Of a stretch of DNA of 64,000 bases, positions 23,572 through 37,063 are shown piece by piece. This DNA comes from Macrostomum lignano. Taxonomy: Eukaryota. Each line of letters starts with the position of its first letter. The first letter of the stretch is position 1. Both the position numbers and the translations under genes were made by a program. Where the stretch lies: contig NIVC01000420.1 in the NCBI GenBank assembly GCA_002269645.1, positions 62,001-126,000 on the forward strand. The letters are read 5' to 3'. Under the pieces are notes generated by a model. The model was given only the letters and a program-made list of their open reading frames with translations, made no database searches and was not told the DNA's origin.

Positions 23572-25767
23572 GCTTTTTGCAGTCCATTTGGGCTAACGCG
23601 CATTGAATTTAATCTTAGATACGTTTACCAATGTAACGGAGCTTTTGTCTATGGTAGCAAGGCTGGCACAGCGGCATTTGATTTGGTCCAACAAGCATCA
23701 ATTTGGTCCATAGCTTCATTCACAACTACTGCAGAGGAGCAGATCAGCCACAGAATTGTGGACAATATGCTAGGCTGTCGAACGAATGCCATTGCCTTGC
23801 GATCGAAGCGCTCGACAGAGGTGAACCAAGGACTTCTAAACTAACAGGACGTAAAACTCAAAGATCGTGCAATTTTTTAGAGGCCACGATTTCCTGGAAA
23901 AAATACACTGCGGAGATAGGAAAAAATCAGTTTTTTGTCACAAAAGCAGTGATTGTATTTGATCTGGGGCAGTGAAGACTACCATTCTTTTAATTTAACA
24001 TGCACAACATGTTACTCTATTATATTTTCATATAGCTGTGTATTGAAGTTTTCATTTTCATGTTGTTTTTACTTCATTTCATAAGCCCAAAGTTGCAAAT
24101 ACTCACAAGTGGCATTAGCCAAACTTTTTGTGCTGTTCCTTTTTTGAATCAAGTATATTTGTAATAAAAACTGTGCATGTAGGTACTCTTAATCTTTTAT
24201 TGTAGATATAGTTCCATTTCAACGCATATATTAGGCCTAGTAACTATTTAATTCCTAGAATCATTTTTTTCAAAGATATTATATAAATTAAAATATCTAA
24301 CTAATTCAAGAAAAAAAGCTATTCAAATTTGTAATATAATAATGATATTGGCCTTTAAAATTAAAATTATAAATGGATTAATTATGTTTTTTATAGATAC
24401 CTAGTAAAAGTGGTACATAGTGGCCTATTTTTGTGATTAAGTCTATTTTTCTCAAATCTTAGGTCTAGTCTAAAATATAGGCCTCGCTTAAAAACTGATA
24501 ATATAACTTTCTCAAGCCTAGGTAAAAAAACAATATGAAATTACACATCGGAAATCTATATATAATGAAACTAAAGAATCATTGTCTAAATTTATTTACT
24601 TTTTAGGCTAGATAGATAGCCTAGATAGGTGATGGTCTAGTTCTAGGTGTAGCCAGAAATAGGTATAGCCAGGAATTTCCTATGGTCTGGGGGGATACAA
24701 AAGGTGAATTTTCTGTGGGGGGATACACCAAGGTAAAAGTGCTCACATGATAGCATGTATAACGAAAAGGGGCAACAAAAAAGTTTTGGTCAGGCTCTTT
24801 GGGGGGATACATCCCCCTTGATCCCCCCTCTACCCTATGCCACTGATTCTAGGAATTAAATAGTTACTAGGCCTAATATATGCGTTGAAATGGAACTATA
24901 TCTACAATAAAAGATTAAGAGTACCTACATGCACAGTTTTTATTACAAATATACTTGATTCAAAAAAGGAACAGCACAAAAAGTTTGGCTAATGCCACTT
25001 GTGAGTATTTGCAACTTTGGGCTTATGAAATGAAGTAAAAACAACATGAAAATGAAAACTTCAATACACAGCTATATGAAAATATAATAGAGTAACATGT
25101 TGTGCATGTTAAATTAAAAGAATGGTAGTCTTCACTGCCCCAGATCAAATACAATCACTGCTTTTGTGACAAAAAACTGATTTTTTCCTATCTCCGCAGT
25201 GTATTTTTTCCAGGAAATCGTGGCCTCTAAAAAATTGCACGATCTTTGAGTTTTACGTCCTGTTAGTCTAGAAGTCCTTGAGGTGAACACCCAAAGGACA
25301 TTGCAAGGTTGCTGAATGTAAAAGAAAAGATGCTTTACAGCATCCATCAGTGCGTTGAAACCCTGCCGGCAATCGCCAAAGCAAGTTGCTAGAGCCTCAG
25401 GTCCAGCTGCTACTCGATGCAGTTGAGAAACCCTTTTTTGACGTTGCAGAAAATGCCGCAGAAGTTGAAGGAACAGCTCCAGTTTGTTATCAGATTTCAG
25501 ATTATCAGATCAGCAGAGCTCTGGAAAAGCGACTGAAAATTGGTGGTAGACACGCTGACGTTCCAGCAGTACGCAACAACCCACAGACGGTTGCGAGAGG
25601 GCAGGAGTTTTGTCCAATGGCTCACGAGTTTTTGAACCATATTGATGCTTGTTGGACCAAATTAAATGCTGCTGTGCCAGCTTTGCTACCATAGACAAAA
25701 GTTCTGTTACATAGGAATATCTTGGATTTAATTCAATGCGCGTAGGTCCAAATGGGCTGCAATAAGC
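23572..25767 (+). mobile_element. Decayed Tc1-like element interrupted by a foldback insertion
   Basis: ~140-bp diverged TIRs (23572-23712 vs 25630-25767) flanked by TA. Removing the insert rejoins ARLSNECHCLAIEALDRGEHPKDIARLLNVKEKMLYSI, a Tc1-type N-terminal HTH. Confidence 0.7.
23827..25280. mobile_element. 1,454-bp foldback non-autonomous element, P-superfamily-like
   Basis: ~435-bp near-identical inverted arms (23827-24261 and 24846-25280); termini CAAGG...CCTTG; exact 8-bp TSD AGGTGAAC. Confidence 0.9.
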
Positions 25768-26977
25768 TATTATAATTGTATCATAATATTGTCGCGATTT
25801 TCCTAGTCATTTTTTTAGTTCACCTTCACTTGTCTCTGTTTACTGTTTTCTCTGTCTCTCTGTCTAGCTCAATCTTGCTATTCTTACCTCTCTCTCCCTT
25901 GCTGCCTTCTGATTGGCTCGATCCTTTCTCGCCTCTCTCTTTAGTCGCGCACTCCACCCCTCCTTTTATTATACTGGAGTCAACCCCCCTCTAAGTTCTT
26001 CATATAAATATACTGGTTTGGGCCCTGCGCCCACTTACTGCTCCTTCTGCTCTTCTGTCTCTGCAATTAAAATATAGTTTAGTTTATACTATTATTTTCT
26101 CTACAAATATAAATAATAAGCTTAAAAATTGATCACAATACTTCAAGTATTTTTACTTGGTAAGAATTTAATTGCTTTTAAAAGTGCATTTTGTCTGCCT
26201 CGATTGGCGGAACTGGGTATTTTTTGCTGCGATGGAAGCAGTAAGGAAAGAGGGGTAGAGGCAGGGAGTGGGCAGGGCGGGGCGCAGGGTGGGGGAGCCG
26301 ACATCGATTCTGATCGGACATTCATCTGATCTTCAAATTAAACCTATTGTAAGTTGAATAGTAGTATTGGTAATTGGAAACTGAATTTTACTTTTCTCTA
26401 TCCGTAACGTATTTTTTTACTTTACCTCATCAATTTATTTTTTTGTTTCAAAGAATCGATAAATTCGAGTCATTTTCGCATTTAAAAAAACTTATAAAAG
26501 TCCGCGTCATTTTCAATTTTAGTTCGGGCTTGCGGTTTGGGGTTGAAAATCTAGAATCGAAAAACAATTTTTTGAATAACAAAAACAAATGCGGATAGCA
26601 AGTTTTGTTGTTTTATTAATGGCCTTTCAACATATCAATTACAAAGATTCCGGGATTTTTTTCGATTCTCCTGTTAATAATGTTCAGCTTTTCCGCTTTG
26701 TCAAGGCTCTTCAATCACTTTAGACAAAGGAAATTGTTTTTTAGCCAATTTCTGGTACTCAGTCAAATAGAGGTCGTCACTGAGTTTATTAGTACAAGGG
26801 GATTGGGATTGCTGTCGGAGCCTTTCTGAATAGTCAAAAGGGAATAAATTTGTAAAAAATCGCGAGTGAAAAGGAATAGACCGTCCAGAAATGTAAATTC
26901 TCCTGAAGCAACAAATGAAAAAGAATGTGAGACACACCTAATAACCAAGAAGAGGCGAGAGCGACGCAAAGAGAAGA

Positions 26978-27262
26978 GAGAGTGACGCGGAAAGGAGAGT
27001 GACGCGGAAAGGAGAGTGACGCGGAAAGGAGAGTGACGCGGAAAAGAGAGTGACGCGGAAAGGAGAGTGACGCGGAAAGGAGAGTGACGCGAAAAGGAGA
27101 GTGACGCGGAAAGGAGAGTGACGCGGAAAGGAGAGTGACGCGGAAAGGAGAGTGACGCGGAAAGGAGAGTGACGCGGAAAGGAGAGTGACGCGGAAAGGA
27201 GAGTGACGCGGAAATGAGAGTAACGCGGAAAGGAGAGTGACGCAAGGAGTGACGCGGAAAGA
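26978..27262. repeat. 17-bp minisatellite (GACGCGGAAAGGAGAGT) x ~16
   Basis: Direct tandem copies. Confidence 0.93.
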
Positions 27263-27936
27263 GAAAGTGACAAAAGGAAAAGAGAACCCATAGAAATTTT
27301 TTCAAATACAGCATGACAGAAGCAGAGGAAGAAGCACAGCTTAAATTGCTCAGTGGTTTATCACAATCGTACCGGGTCCAAGCCCTGCATACGCAAACAG
27401 CATGCGACGATACCTTGTAAATTTTTATTTTATCTTCGGCAAAAATCCAATGCAATCGAAAGCTGGGCAAAAATATTTTGCAAAGTTTTGTAATAAGATT
27501 AGCTATACATACAGAACAACATACAGTATCATATTGTGCAAGAGCTTGCGAGCATAGGAAGACTTTGCTGGTTATTAACCGACTAAAATCTGTTTACGAG
27601 TAAAAAATCGCTTTGACTTTCAGAGCTTCTAAAAGTACAAAAATTACGTCGCAAACAACTGGTGCACTTCTTTGTAGAATAACATTTTGTCAGCAGCTTT
27701 TATTAATGCGAATCGTTAATCATTTCTAAAAAATAGGTGCTGTGAGTCTGCATTGAGCGGTTGGATAATGAAAGTAATTATCAATCAGTTGAGCCAGACT
27801 CATTTACTCGTAATTAAAAGGAAAATGTTTTTGTACAAGTGTAGGAAGACAAACTTAATTGAAATACGCGATGTTAGACAAAAGGGTCAATTAGCCATAA
27901 AAATGAAATAAAAAGATGTTTAAAATTGACACTTAT

Positions 27937-30900
27937 TCAGGCATCCCTCGCATCCTCCTGCCGCTGGCACGACTGCTTCTGTTGCTCTATGTCTTGCTTG
28001 TCTTGCTGAACATCTGGCAGTTGTTGTTGTACTGGCGGCTGCTGCTTCTCTTTATCGCACTTTTGGGATTGCGGAGGCAGCGGCGGCCCAACCTGAACGA
28101 AGTACGATGACAAACACGGAGTCCGTCGTCGATTACTTTGCACCGCCGCTGGAATGTCAGCGTCAGAGCCGAACCGGACCTCCACTGTCTTCCAAAACCG
28201 CGGCCGGAAGCCTCGTTTTGCAACAGAGACCGCGTTGTCGATGCAGCCGCCGACGTCTCCTGCTGAAGCGACTCGACGAAGCGGCATTGGCGACGACTTG
28301 ACAACAACCTCCTCGGTGCGCTCGGTGGTGACCGCGACCGACTCCTCCTCGGTGCCAAAGCTATTGTCAGAGTCGCAGTCACAACAGCTGTTGTCAGATA
28401 AAGCAGACGCGTCGGATAACAAGCAGGCCGTGTTGTCTGCGGAGCGAGACAGCACCTCGCCGGGACCGCTGTGCTGGGACGACATTGTGGCCGCTTCGTC
28501 CTCAGCAGGTCGAGCCGACCGTGGCGACACCCAGAGCCAGAGCGAGCTGCTTCGCTCATTGTCATCTTCGGCGCTGGAATCGTCAGAGACTTCGGCGTCC
28601 TCTTCTTCCTCCTCGGTTTCCAGGTTGCAAAGGATGAATTTGGTCGATTGTTGCTGAGCTGGAGAGCTCGAAGCTGATCGGCTGTTAAATGGCAAGCAAG
28701 GTTTGTCGGATATTTTATCTATGTTGTTGTGGCTGGGGGGGAATTAGTTCGAAAAGGAGAATAGACAAGAGGGCCTAGACTCGATTCTTGACCCTGAGGT
28801 CAGATTATTTTGATTGGTTTCCGGCTGGTGCAGCTTGCTTTCGATTTTGCAAAGAACGTATCAGTCATCTGATCAGTCCTGATGCAATCATGCAATCTGA
28901 TGATCATGCAACTTAAGAGTCAAAGCAATAATAATAAAGGTCTCTTTAGCACGAACCAAGGACCGTAGACCCTGAATACGTTCGTCTGAGTTCTTTCCAA
29001 TAGTTGGAAGATCAAATGGTTAGAAAGTATTAATAAGCGAAGTCGGGATAAAAACAAAATTTGACTTTTTATCTTAAAGAAATCCTTGAAAAATCATGCA
29101 AAAGATGTTTACCTGGCAACCAAAGCTAGTTCTGCAACCGTGTGCTCCTCCTCGACAGTGGACTTGTTGAGCCAACCAAGCACAGCAGTTCAGCATGCAA
29201 GCGATGGCAATATGATGCAGGTTGAAGGATACTGTTTGTACAAAGAATAAAGAATTGAAAAAAGCAAAATGATGCACGCAAAAGGTAGGAAACAGGTGAA
29301 TTAAGATAGATCAGGATCAAGATGGATCAGACAGTGACTCAGATGATCATTACAGAATCACAACTGGACCAGACTCCGACTCGCCAGGCTCCAAATACGG
29401 TCCGCTGAAAGACGGGAGCGATGAAATCGCATATTAGCGCTACGGTTCAGGTACTCGACAAAAAAACTCGACACAGCAAATGCAGTTCAAAGGTCAGATA
29501 ATTTTGTAGGGGTAAAAAGGGGTAAACAAACAAACAAGTCACATGCTAGGAGGTGGGTGGCTTTATGGTTTGGCCAGAGAGACCTTAATCTTGTAGACTC
29601 TAAGACGCCGTTTAATTAGACTAAGAGTTAATTAATTTGACTTTGACGCGAAGATGTCCAGAAGGGTGTAGTTAAGGTTATTTTGTGCACAGGTTTCCCG
29701 AATCAACTATATACTCGTAGAAGTCTCTAAGCACACAAAATGATTTTTTGTACTACACCTGGATAAGCTTTTAATTCCAAGTACGCTCGTATTTTGTTGT
29801 TTGTTGTGCCCAGTAATCGTTTGATATCTAGATAGTATTTAATTCCATTGACCTTAAAATTTAAGTTCTCAGTGTCAAGGAGCGAGGAAGCATCCCTTCC
29901 CTCTCTGCAAGGTCAGCAAGTAAGTGGCCGGCCGTCAAAGTCAGTCCATGTTTCATTTCTCGGGACTTCCTCGGGTGCACAGTTGCAAAAGCCCCAAGCT
30001 GACTTACCTGCTTGGCACAGCCTGCAGAGCGGTGCGACTCTCTAAAATAAAAAGATTGCGTGGGGTGGTCGAAGTCGCAATACTGTTTGAAGACTTGCAA
30101 ATCCAAAGTACCCCCCCCCGCACTGGGGAGGCGTGAGGCTTCCTAAATTTCATCTCAAATTAAGGCAATAACTTCTAGCGCTTTATTTAATTTAGACTTA
30201 AATCTCAATTAGAGTCACTGCAGATCATAAGGAGTTCTTTCTATAGAACAGTTTCTATAGAGCAGTTAAAATGAGTTACCTGAACTAATGCTGCAAGGAA
30301 TCTACACAAATATTCAGAAGTGTCTTCGTTGATGAAAATTTTCCGATTTTGGATAAAATCTGACGTTCGCATGTTAAACAAAACATGCTTAGATTCTATT
30401 CGACCATGAGCACGCTTCTTCCCGAGCTAGCAATAACTTTAGAAGGTTGCTCGTAGCTTAAAAAGGGATTACCGGTACAAGCAGTCCTTTCTAGAAGCAA
30501 GCAACGCCGAAACAGCAGACAAAAAGAATTCTAGAGAACAGCCTGCTGAGCTATGAGGCTGAGAATTACGTACTAAGTGAAGGAGAAAAGCATTCGAGCC
30601 GGGAAGGAAAAAGGCAGAAGAGTTTTGCATGACCGAATGCCCGATGCGAACTTGGAAAAGTGCAGCTTTCAAAGTCTGTATAAGTGGCTTCGTTAAGTTC
30701 GGATATTTCAAATCCGGAAGCTTAGCTCGACAAGGCAACTTCATTTCTAATCCGTCATTATATTAGACGTTTTTTAGACCCCGTCCTAACTTACTTTGAC
30801 TTAGCTGCAGGGGGCTCCGTGCGTCTGGAAACAGCGAGGAGGCGTTGCCGCCCATTTCGCTAACCCCTGGCCTAAAGGCATACGTATGGAACGCGGTTAC

Positions 30901-33900
30901 TTCAGAAGGAAATTAATGGACACAAGGTGAGATGCAGAGAAGACGATAAATCGAATAACTGATTCAGAATGCAAACCGAACTCAAAAACAGTTGCATAAA
31001 TACGTCATTTACCTCGGTTCTAACTAAATAACAACCAATGAACGTAACGTACAAGCCCTGAAGCCTAAAATTAGTGAGACAAAGCTACGAAAAATACTGA
31101 CCGCTTGATGTTGGCGCCGCATTAACGGACCAGCCGATCTGATGCTGGCTATGGTGCAGCGACTCTGCAGGGCCGCCGTACCTTCTCTGCGAATCGAGCC
31201 GATGCCGCCTGGCCTGATCGTCCAACTCTTTGTCTGGGAAGGCGCCCCGGTGCTGCACAAAGTAGGCCGCCCTCTGCTGGCCCTGGCCGGCCTGCGGCCT
31301 GTCGATGGCGGTGAAGTTCAGAGGGCCAGGTTGCTGCATCTTGTTGGCTCAGAAATAGCAAAGTTAAATCGAAAATTTGTGTCATCTCCTTCTAATTTTG
31401 TGGATATGTGCGCATCCCTAACAATAATATATGGCGCCCCTGGTGCTGGCGCCCCTGGTGCTGGCGCCCCTGGTGCTGGCGCCCCTGGTGCTGGCGCCCC
31501 TGGTGCTGGCGCCCCTGGTGCTGGCGCCCCTGGTGCTGGCGCCCCTGGTGCTGGCGCCCCTGGTGCTGGCGCCCCTGGTGCTGGCGCCCCTGGTGCTGGC
31601 GCCCCTGGTGCTGGCGCCCCTGGTGCTGGCGCCCCTGGTGCTGGCGCCCCTGGTGCTGGCGCCCCTGGTGCTGGCGCCCCTGGTGCTGGCGCCCCTGGTG
31701 CTGGCGCCCCTGGTGCTGGCGCCCCTGGTGCTGGCGCCCCTGGTGCTGGCGCCCCTGGTGCTGGCGCCCCTGGTGCTGGCGCCCCTGGTGCTGGCGCCCC
31801 TGGTGCTGGCGCCCCTGGTGCTGGCGCCCCTGGTGCTGGCGCCCCTGGTGCTGGCGCCCCTGGTGCTGGCGCCCCTGGTGCTGGCGCCCCTGGTGCTGGC
31901 GCCCCTGGTGCTGGCGCCCCTGGTGCTGGCGCCCCTGGTGCTGGCGCCCCTGGTGCTGGCGCCCCTGGTGCTGGCGCCCCTGGTGCTGGCGCCCCTGGTG
32001 CTGGCGCGCCATCTCCCGACTGCAATGAAAAATCCTGGCTACACAATCTACTGAGTACCGCGCACATTCTACAACCTACGGGATAGCTGAATTTTTAGAA
32101 GGCAACATACGAGCGTAAAACTTGAATTTGCGGTAAAAAAGCATCTCAGAACTGTACTACACTGGCTGTACCTTGCTGGCGACAGTTGCTGCTGCTGTCG
32201 ATGAGAGCCGGAGCTAGCAGCGAAGACATCGTCCTCGTCCCCGCCGCTGGACAGCTTTGCCAGGCGAGTCTGCACCCGAGCCAGCGTGTCGTGCCGCTCC
32301 GCCCCGTCCAGCAGGTCGTCGTCCTGCAGCTGCATTTGCCGGCAGAGGCCTTCGATCTCGCTGACCGGATCGCCTGCGGTTGCTCCGCGGGGACTCAGCA
32401 AGGATTCCTGCTTGTTGCGGCGAAGGCTGGCTGCCCCAGTTGGAAGGACTTTCACCGCGTTCGAAGGCAGCTTCAACGCTGCGCGGTGACGCTCGTTGAT
32501 TGGGTCATCGGAGTCGTCCGTGTCGGAACCGCCGATGCGGCCGTTTCCGTTGCTACGCCGCCGGTGCCAGTCAAGCCGCTCTTCCAGTTGCTTCATCAAG
32601 TCCCGCGACTGCGGATGCAACTGGTTTCGCTGCTGCTGGTGATGCTGCTCCTGAAGTTCGGTCTGGCGCTGTGCAGAGTGCTGATTTGATTGCTCCTTGT
32701 ACTCGTAAGTCTGCTTCGGCTGGTACTGATAGCGTTGCCCGTGGTGCGAATTGCTCTGATTGCTCGGCTGCTGGGTATTTGATTGAGTTTCAATGCGATG
32801 CTGATGGTTTGGATTTTGATACTGCTGCTGAAGCTGCTCATTTTGATGCTGGCGTGGATGCTGGTGCTGATGCTGGTGCCGAGTTGGAGAATGGTACGGC
32901 TGTGACTGCGGCTGAAGAACTCCGATTGATAATCTTGCTGTGGCAGTCTGAGCAGCACTCGGGCCAACGCTAGAGTTGTCGGGAGCCCCCGGCATGTGAG
33001 TCTGAATCTGCGTGCGCGTTCGCGGAGTCGGTGCGGCGGATTTCGTCTCGTTTGCTCGCTGGATTTGATGTCGCAAAGACACAGGAGAGCCTCCTGAAGT
33101 TACCAACGCTGCAGCGGCTGCGGCTGGCACCTCCATTGGCCGCTGACGATACGTCGGCTGCTGCTGCGACTGTTGAATGGACGACAAACTATTCGATCGC
33201 TGTCGACTGAGTGATGATTCGGCGACCGCTGCCGGCTGTTGTTGACCTCGGTTTCCGCGCGATATTGGGCGATGCTTGCCCGACGACCAGAGCTGGTTCT
33301 GCTGGTCCTGCTTTCGCGGCCGCTGAGGCTGCTGGTGGTGGTGGTAATTGTGCAGATGGTAATGCTGCTGATGAACTGGCGGCGGTGGTGGTGGCGGTGG
33401 TGGCGGTGGTGGCGGCGGCTGCGGCGGCGGCTGCGGCGCTGGAGGAGGTGGCATGAATTGCTCCTTCCTCTGGATGGGCACCACTGCAGGCGCTGGGGAA
33501 ACCTGGATCTGCTTGTATAAATGGTCAGCAGAGGCCGCCTCACCTGCACTGCGCCGCTGCCTTCGTGGAGGCACTGGAGGTGCCGGTGACGTTAATTGCG
33601 GTGGCTGCTGCGGCGGTGGCTCCTGCCTCTGATACTGAAGACTGACTTGCGCAGCGTAGCGATCAGTGCTAGGTCGATACCTATAGGCATCAGTGAGGGT
33701 CTCGCTGCCTTTCGGGTAGAGGTCGCTAGTCCGAATGGATGTCGGCAGCAAAGAGCTCTGGCTGTTTGCCGCTGTGGAGTCGCGCTGCTCCTGGTTCTGA
33801 TAATGCTGGTGCTGCTTGTGCTGGTGCTCGCGCTGACCTGGCTTCTGCCGCCGAGGCTGGTGGTTTGAATCTTGATATCGGTGCTGGTACTGCTGCCCGC

Positions 33901-35495
33901 GTTTCGGCTGGTGCTGGTGATGATTCTGGTGCCATCTGTCGTCACCAACGAGGCCGTCTACCGCTTCAAACACAGCGTCGTCATCGTCATCGACGTCCGC
34001 TTCGTCAGCGCTGACGCTGACTAAACGCGCGGTGGCCGTTGCCATGGCTGCAGAGTATTCCGGCGCAGGCGGAGGTAACGGGCGCTTCTTTCTTGGCCGA
34101 GAAGAGCGCTTCCTGTGCGGCAGGTATTTGTACACGTCCTCGCCTTGCTGATGCAGCTGCTCCTGCGGCGGCCTTTGAGTCTGATAACCGTTGCTACCGC
34201 CAACTGTAAGCGGACTGTTTGAATAAGTAAAAAGTTGGCGCAGCTGCTCTTCAACTTGCGACTTTGGCTGCTGCTGCTGCTGCTGCTGCTCTGCCTCCCT
34301 TTCTGGTCTGCTTTTTCGCCGCTGTGGCCATAGTTCATTATTTTCGCTTGAGTGTGCGGCTGCACCTAATTGTACTCTGGCAGAGCTGAGGTGTACACCA
34401 GCATGGGCCGAGTTCTGCTCCGCGGGAGAGCCAACACCCCACTCCGCAGCCACCTCGAGCCCCCACTGAGCGTCAGTCAACGGTCCTTGCTCACCCGTTG
34501 CGCGAGTGGGTCTCTGGCGCTCCGGCGGAGGTGGGTGGGGCAGCTTTCTGCGCCTCGCCGCCGGCTCCTCCTCCAACTCCTCCACCTCCACCTGCGGCCC
34601 TCGCTCCGCTACCGCAGGCTGTCGCCAGTTAAGCGACATTTGCACATGCAATCGAGTCGCATTCGCATCTTGCTTTTCCATTTCAGCTGCAGTTGCAGGT
34701 GCCTTATGTTCTGTGATCACTGGCGGAAGCGGCTCGGGTTCCAGATCCGGCTCCGGTTTCGGTTCAGATTCCAGTTCCACGTCCGGCTTCATCTCTGAGC
34801 GACTGCCGCCTGAGCTTTGCGATCGACGGCGCAGCCGCTCGAGACTCGACAGTTTGCCGCTGGGTTGCTGCAGCTGCGCCACGGGCAGGAAGGCCTCAGA
34901 GTCGGCCTGTGCTGCCCACGAGCCGTGCCGGTCCACGGGCGCGGCCGAGGAGGAGCGCGATCTCGATGGCGACGACGATGCGCGACTGCGGTGCCGGCTC
35001 CGACGTCGCGGCGTCGACTCACCGGAAGACACGGCGGTTCGAGAGCGCGAGTCGATGACTTTGATCTTGCGTATCCGGCTAAAACGACTGGGAGCGCCGG
35101 TCGTGGCGGCGGCAGCACAGCGGCCGACATCAGCGGCGTTGTCTTTGCCGTCGTCGGCATCGCTGTTACCAGTGCTGGTGCCACCGCCGCAGCCAACATC
35201 GACAAGCGCATTCGGTTGCAGCTCGTCTTGAATCTGGCGCCCAATGTCGCTGAGCTGCTGCAGGTAGCGCCGCTGATCCTCCTGGCGATTTTCGCGCTCC
35301 AGGGTGTCGCCAAGGCTCGAGCTCAGCTCGGCGGCGTCCGGATCGTCGCTGTCTGCCGGCAGGTTGCCTCGGTATATCGCGTCGAGCTGGGAGGAGGCCA
35401 CGCTGCTGGCTGACGGGCTGTGAGGTCGGCTACTGCTGGCCGCAGAGGCAGCCTCGTGATGGCTGACTGCCTTCATGCTGACGTGCCGGGAGCCT
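27937..35495 (-). CDS. Large (~1,426 aa) intrinsically disordered Pro/Gln/Ser/His-rich protein, at least 4 exons
   Basis: Best model: exons 35495-32172 (ATG 35476), 31298-31102, 30041-30008, 28681-27937; phases 2,1,2 consistent; CDS 4,281 nt. The second acceptor is uncertain (31347/31339 alternatives) and upstream exons are possible. No folded domain recognised. Confidence 0.65.
31433..32002. repeat. Perfect 15-bp tandem array (GGCGCCCCTGGTGCT) x 38, intronic
   Basis: 570 bp with no visible variant unit. Confidence 0.97.
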
Positions 35496-37063
35496 CTGCA
35501 AATAAATGGAGCGGATGGTTTGGCGGCACTTTGAGACGAAGGGAAGACGCCCGAAAGCTTTCGAGCTTGGAATTGCTCAGCGCCAGTGCACACAGGCTTG
35601 AACTTCGAACGGGACCAGAGTACAATAATGGCGATATGAGTGCAGTGAACTTCAATAGCTCGCTTTTCTTTCAACCTTCTGACCCCCCGCCGTTGCGGTT
35701 CTGCCAGAAAGCACTTTGGAAGCGTGCGCAAGCGAGCCTAATGCCTCTCACCCCTTACTTCGTTCGCTCCTGCCTACTGGCACCCGCTTTTAGTGTTAAA
35801 CTGCATGCTTGTACTGGTGGAGGGAGCCACCGCAGGTAACCAGGGGCAGAGAGAGAAATTCTCGAGTAGCTCATTACTAATAGTTTCTCTCGGCAGCATT
35901 CTATTCGCATTAATGAGAAAATCGAAAGAGATTTCATAGTTTCTTCTGTGCCCCAACTTCTCTCTTTCTCTCTCTCTCTCTCTTTCTCTTTCGTCCCAGT
36001 TTGCACGGCGCCGCCTACCTTTCTAATTTGCAATTAATTATTCTATAGCCAAGAATTTGTACACATTCACACCAAATTCACGGTGCACCTCGATAGTTTT
36101 AGATTCGTTATAAAAGCAGAATATGTCAGAAACTCTCACAGCTGTCTGTCCGGTCCGACATGCAGCAACTTTGCCCAGCTGTGGGCGGTAAACTGCAGGA
36201 TGTGCCGGATGTGCCACTGACGGGAGGATGCATGCAAGGAGCTGGCGCTAGGGGCTGCTAGGCTAGGGCTACGTTCCGGCTTTGAAATGCGTAGTTCGCG
36301 TGGCTTGGACGGGTTTTAAAGCCCCCCGAGATGGAGAGCGAGCGGAGAAACTGGACAGGGAGGGTATCCAGGAACCAAACCGAGAGAGATAGGGAGAGAG
36401 AGAGACTGGCACCCAACGCGAGACACGGAGTCCCGCAACGCCCCCGATTGCACCTCTTCCCCTTTTGTGTCATGCAGCCCCCCTTGGATTTAGCGGCAGT
36501 AGCTGAGCGCCTCTCCTAAAGCCGCAGGTGAATATTTTTCTTTCACTTTGTCGCGGGCCCGTCTGTTCGCGAAATCATTAGCTCTGCGCGGAAAAGCCGG
36601 CCTTCAAGACCAGATAACTTCAAAAAAACAGCGTTTGCGTACACTAACTGTATTTATGCAGATTGAAACTTAGGCATTGCACCTGCTAATGCACACAGCC
36701 CCTTGTTATTTTTGCCTTGAGCGCCCAGTGCAGTAGGGAATCGTCTACTATCGTATATTGTGAAAACAAAGTCACTAGAAACGTCTTTAATAGAAAAGTC
36801 CTTCACGAACGAACAGAAAAATTGAGGGCATTGATAAAAAACTTCTAATACCATACTTTTAAAACTGAGCCAGGAAGCTCTTCAGCCCACATATTTCTTA
36901 CCTTGCCAGACTCAATTATTGCTCTATTCCTTCAATTACTACCCTGTAATAGAGTAGTTTACTCCCCAACCTTCAGCAGTCTTCATGGCTGGGATATACT
37001 GGAGACAAAAAGAGGAAAGAGGGTTGGCTGAAGATCGCTTCCTGCCCTCTCATCTTCTTTAAC

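Noticed and set aside
25777-26105. Small solo-LTR-like segment (TGT...ACA, CCAAT, TATAAATA, ATTAAA)
   Set aside because: Flanks (ATAAT vs AATAT) give no matching TSD; insufficient support.
26251-26295. G-quadruplex-like G-run cluster
   Set aside because: Isolated G-rich patch with no functional context; common by chance in this composition.
31142-32086. 314-aa ORF with (GAPGA)n resembling elastin/silk/collagen-like proteins, plus the five other-frame repeat ORFs
   Set aside because: The 15-bp unit has no stop in any frame, the ORF is antisense to a modelled exon and lies in an intron; no signal peptide or independent coding evidence.
32186-35839. Numerous plus-strand and alternative-frame ORFs over the large minus-strand exon (similarly over 43546-47382 and the GPCR)
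   Set aside because: Shadow ORFs of GC-rich coding sequence with no domain features.
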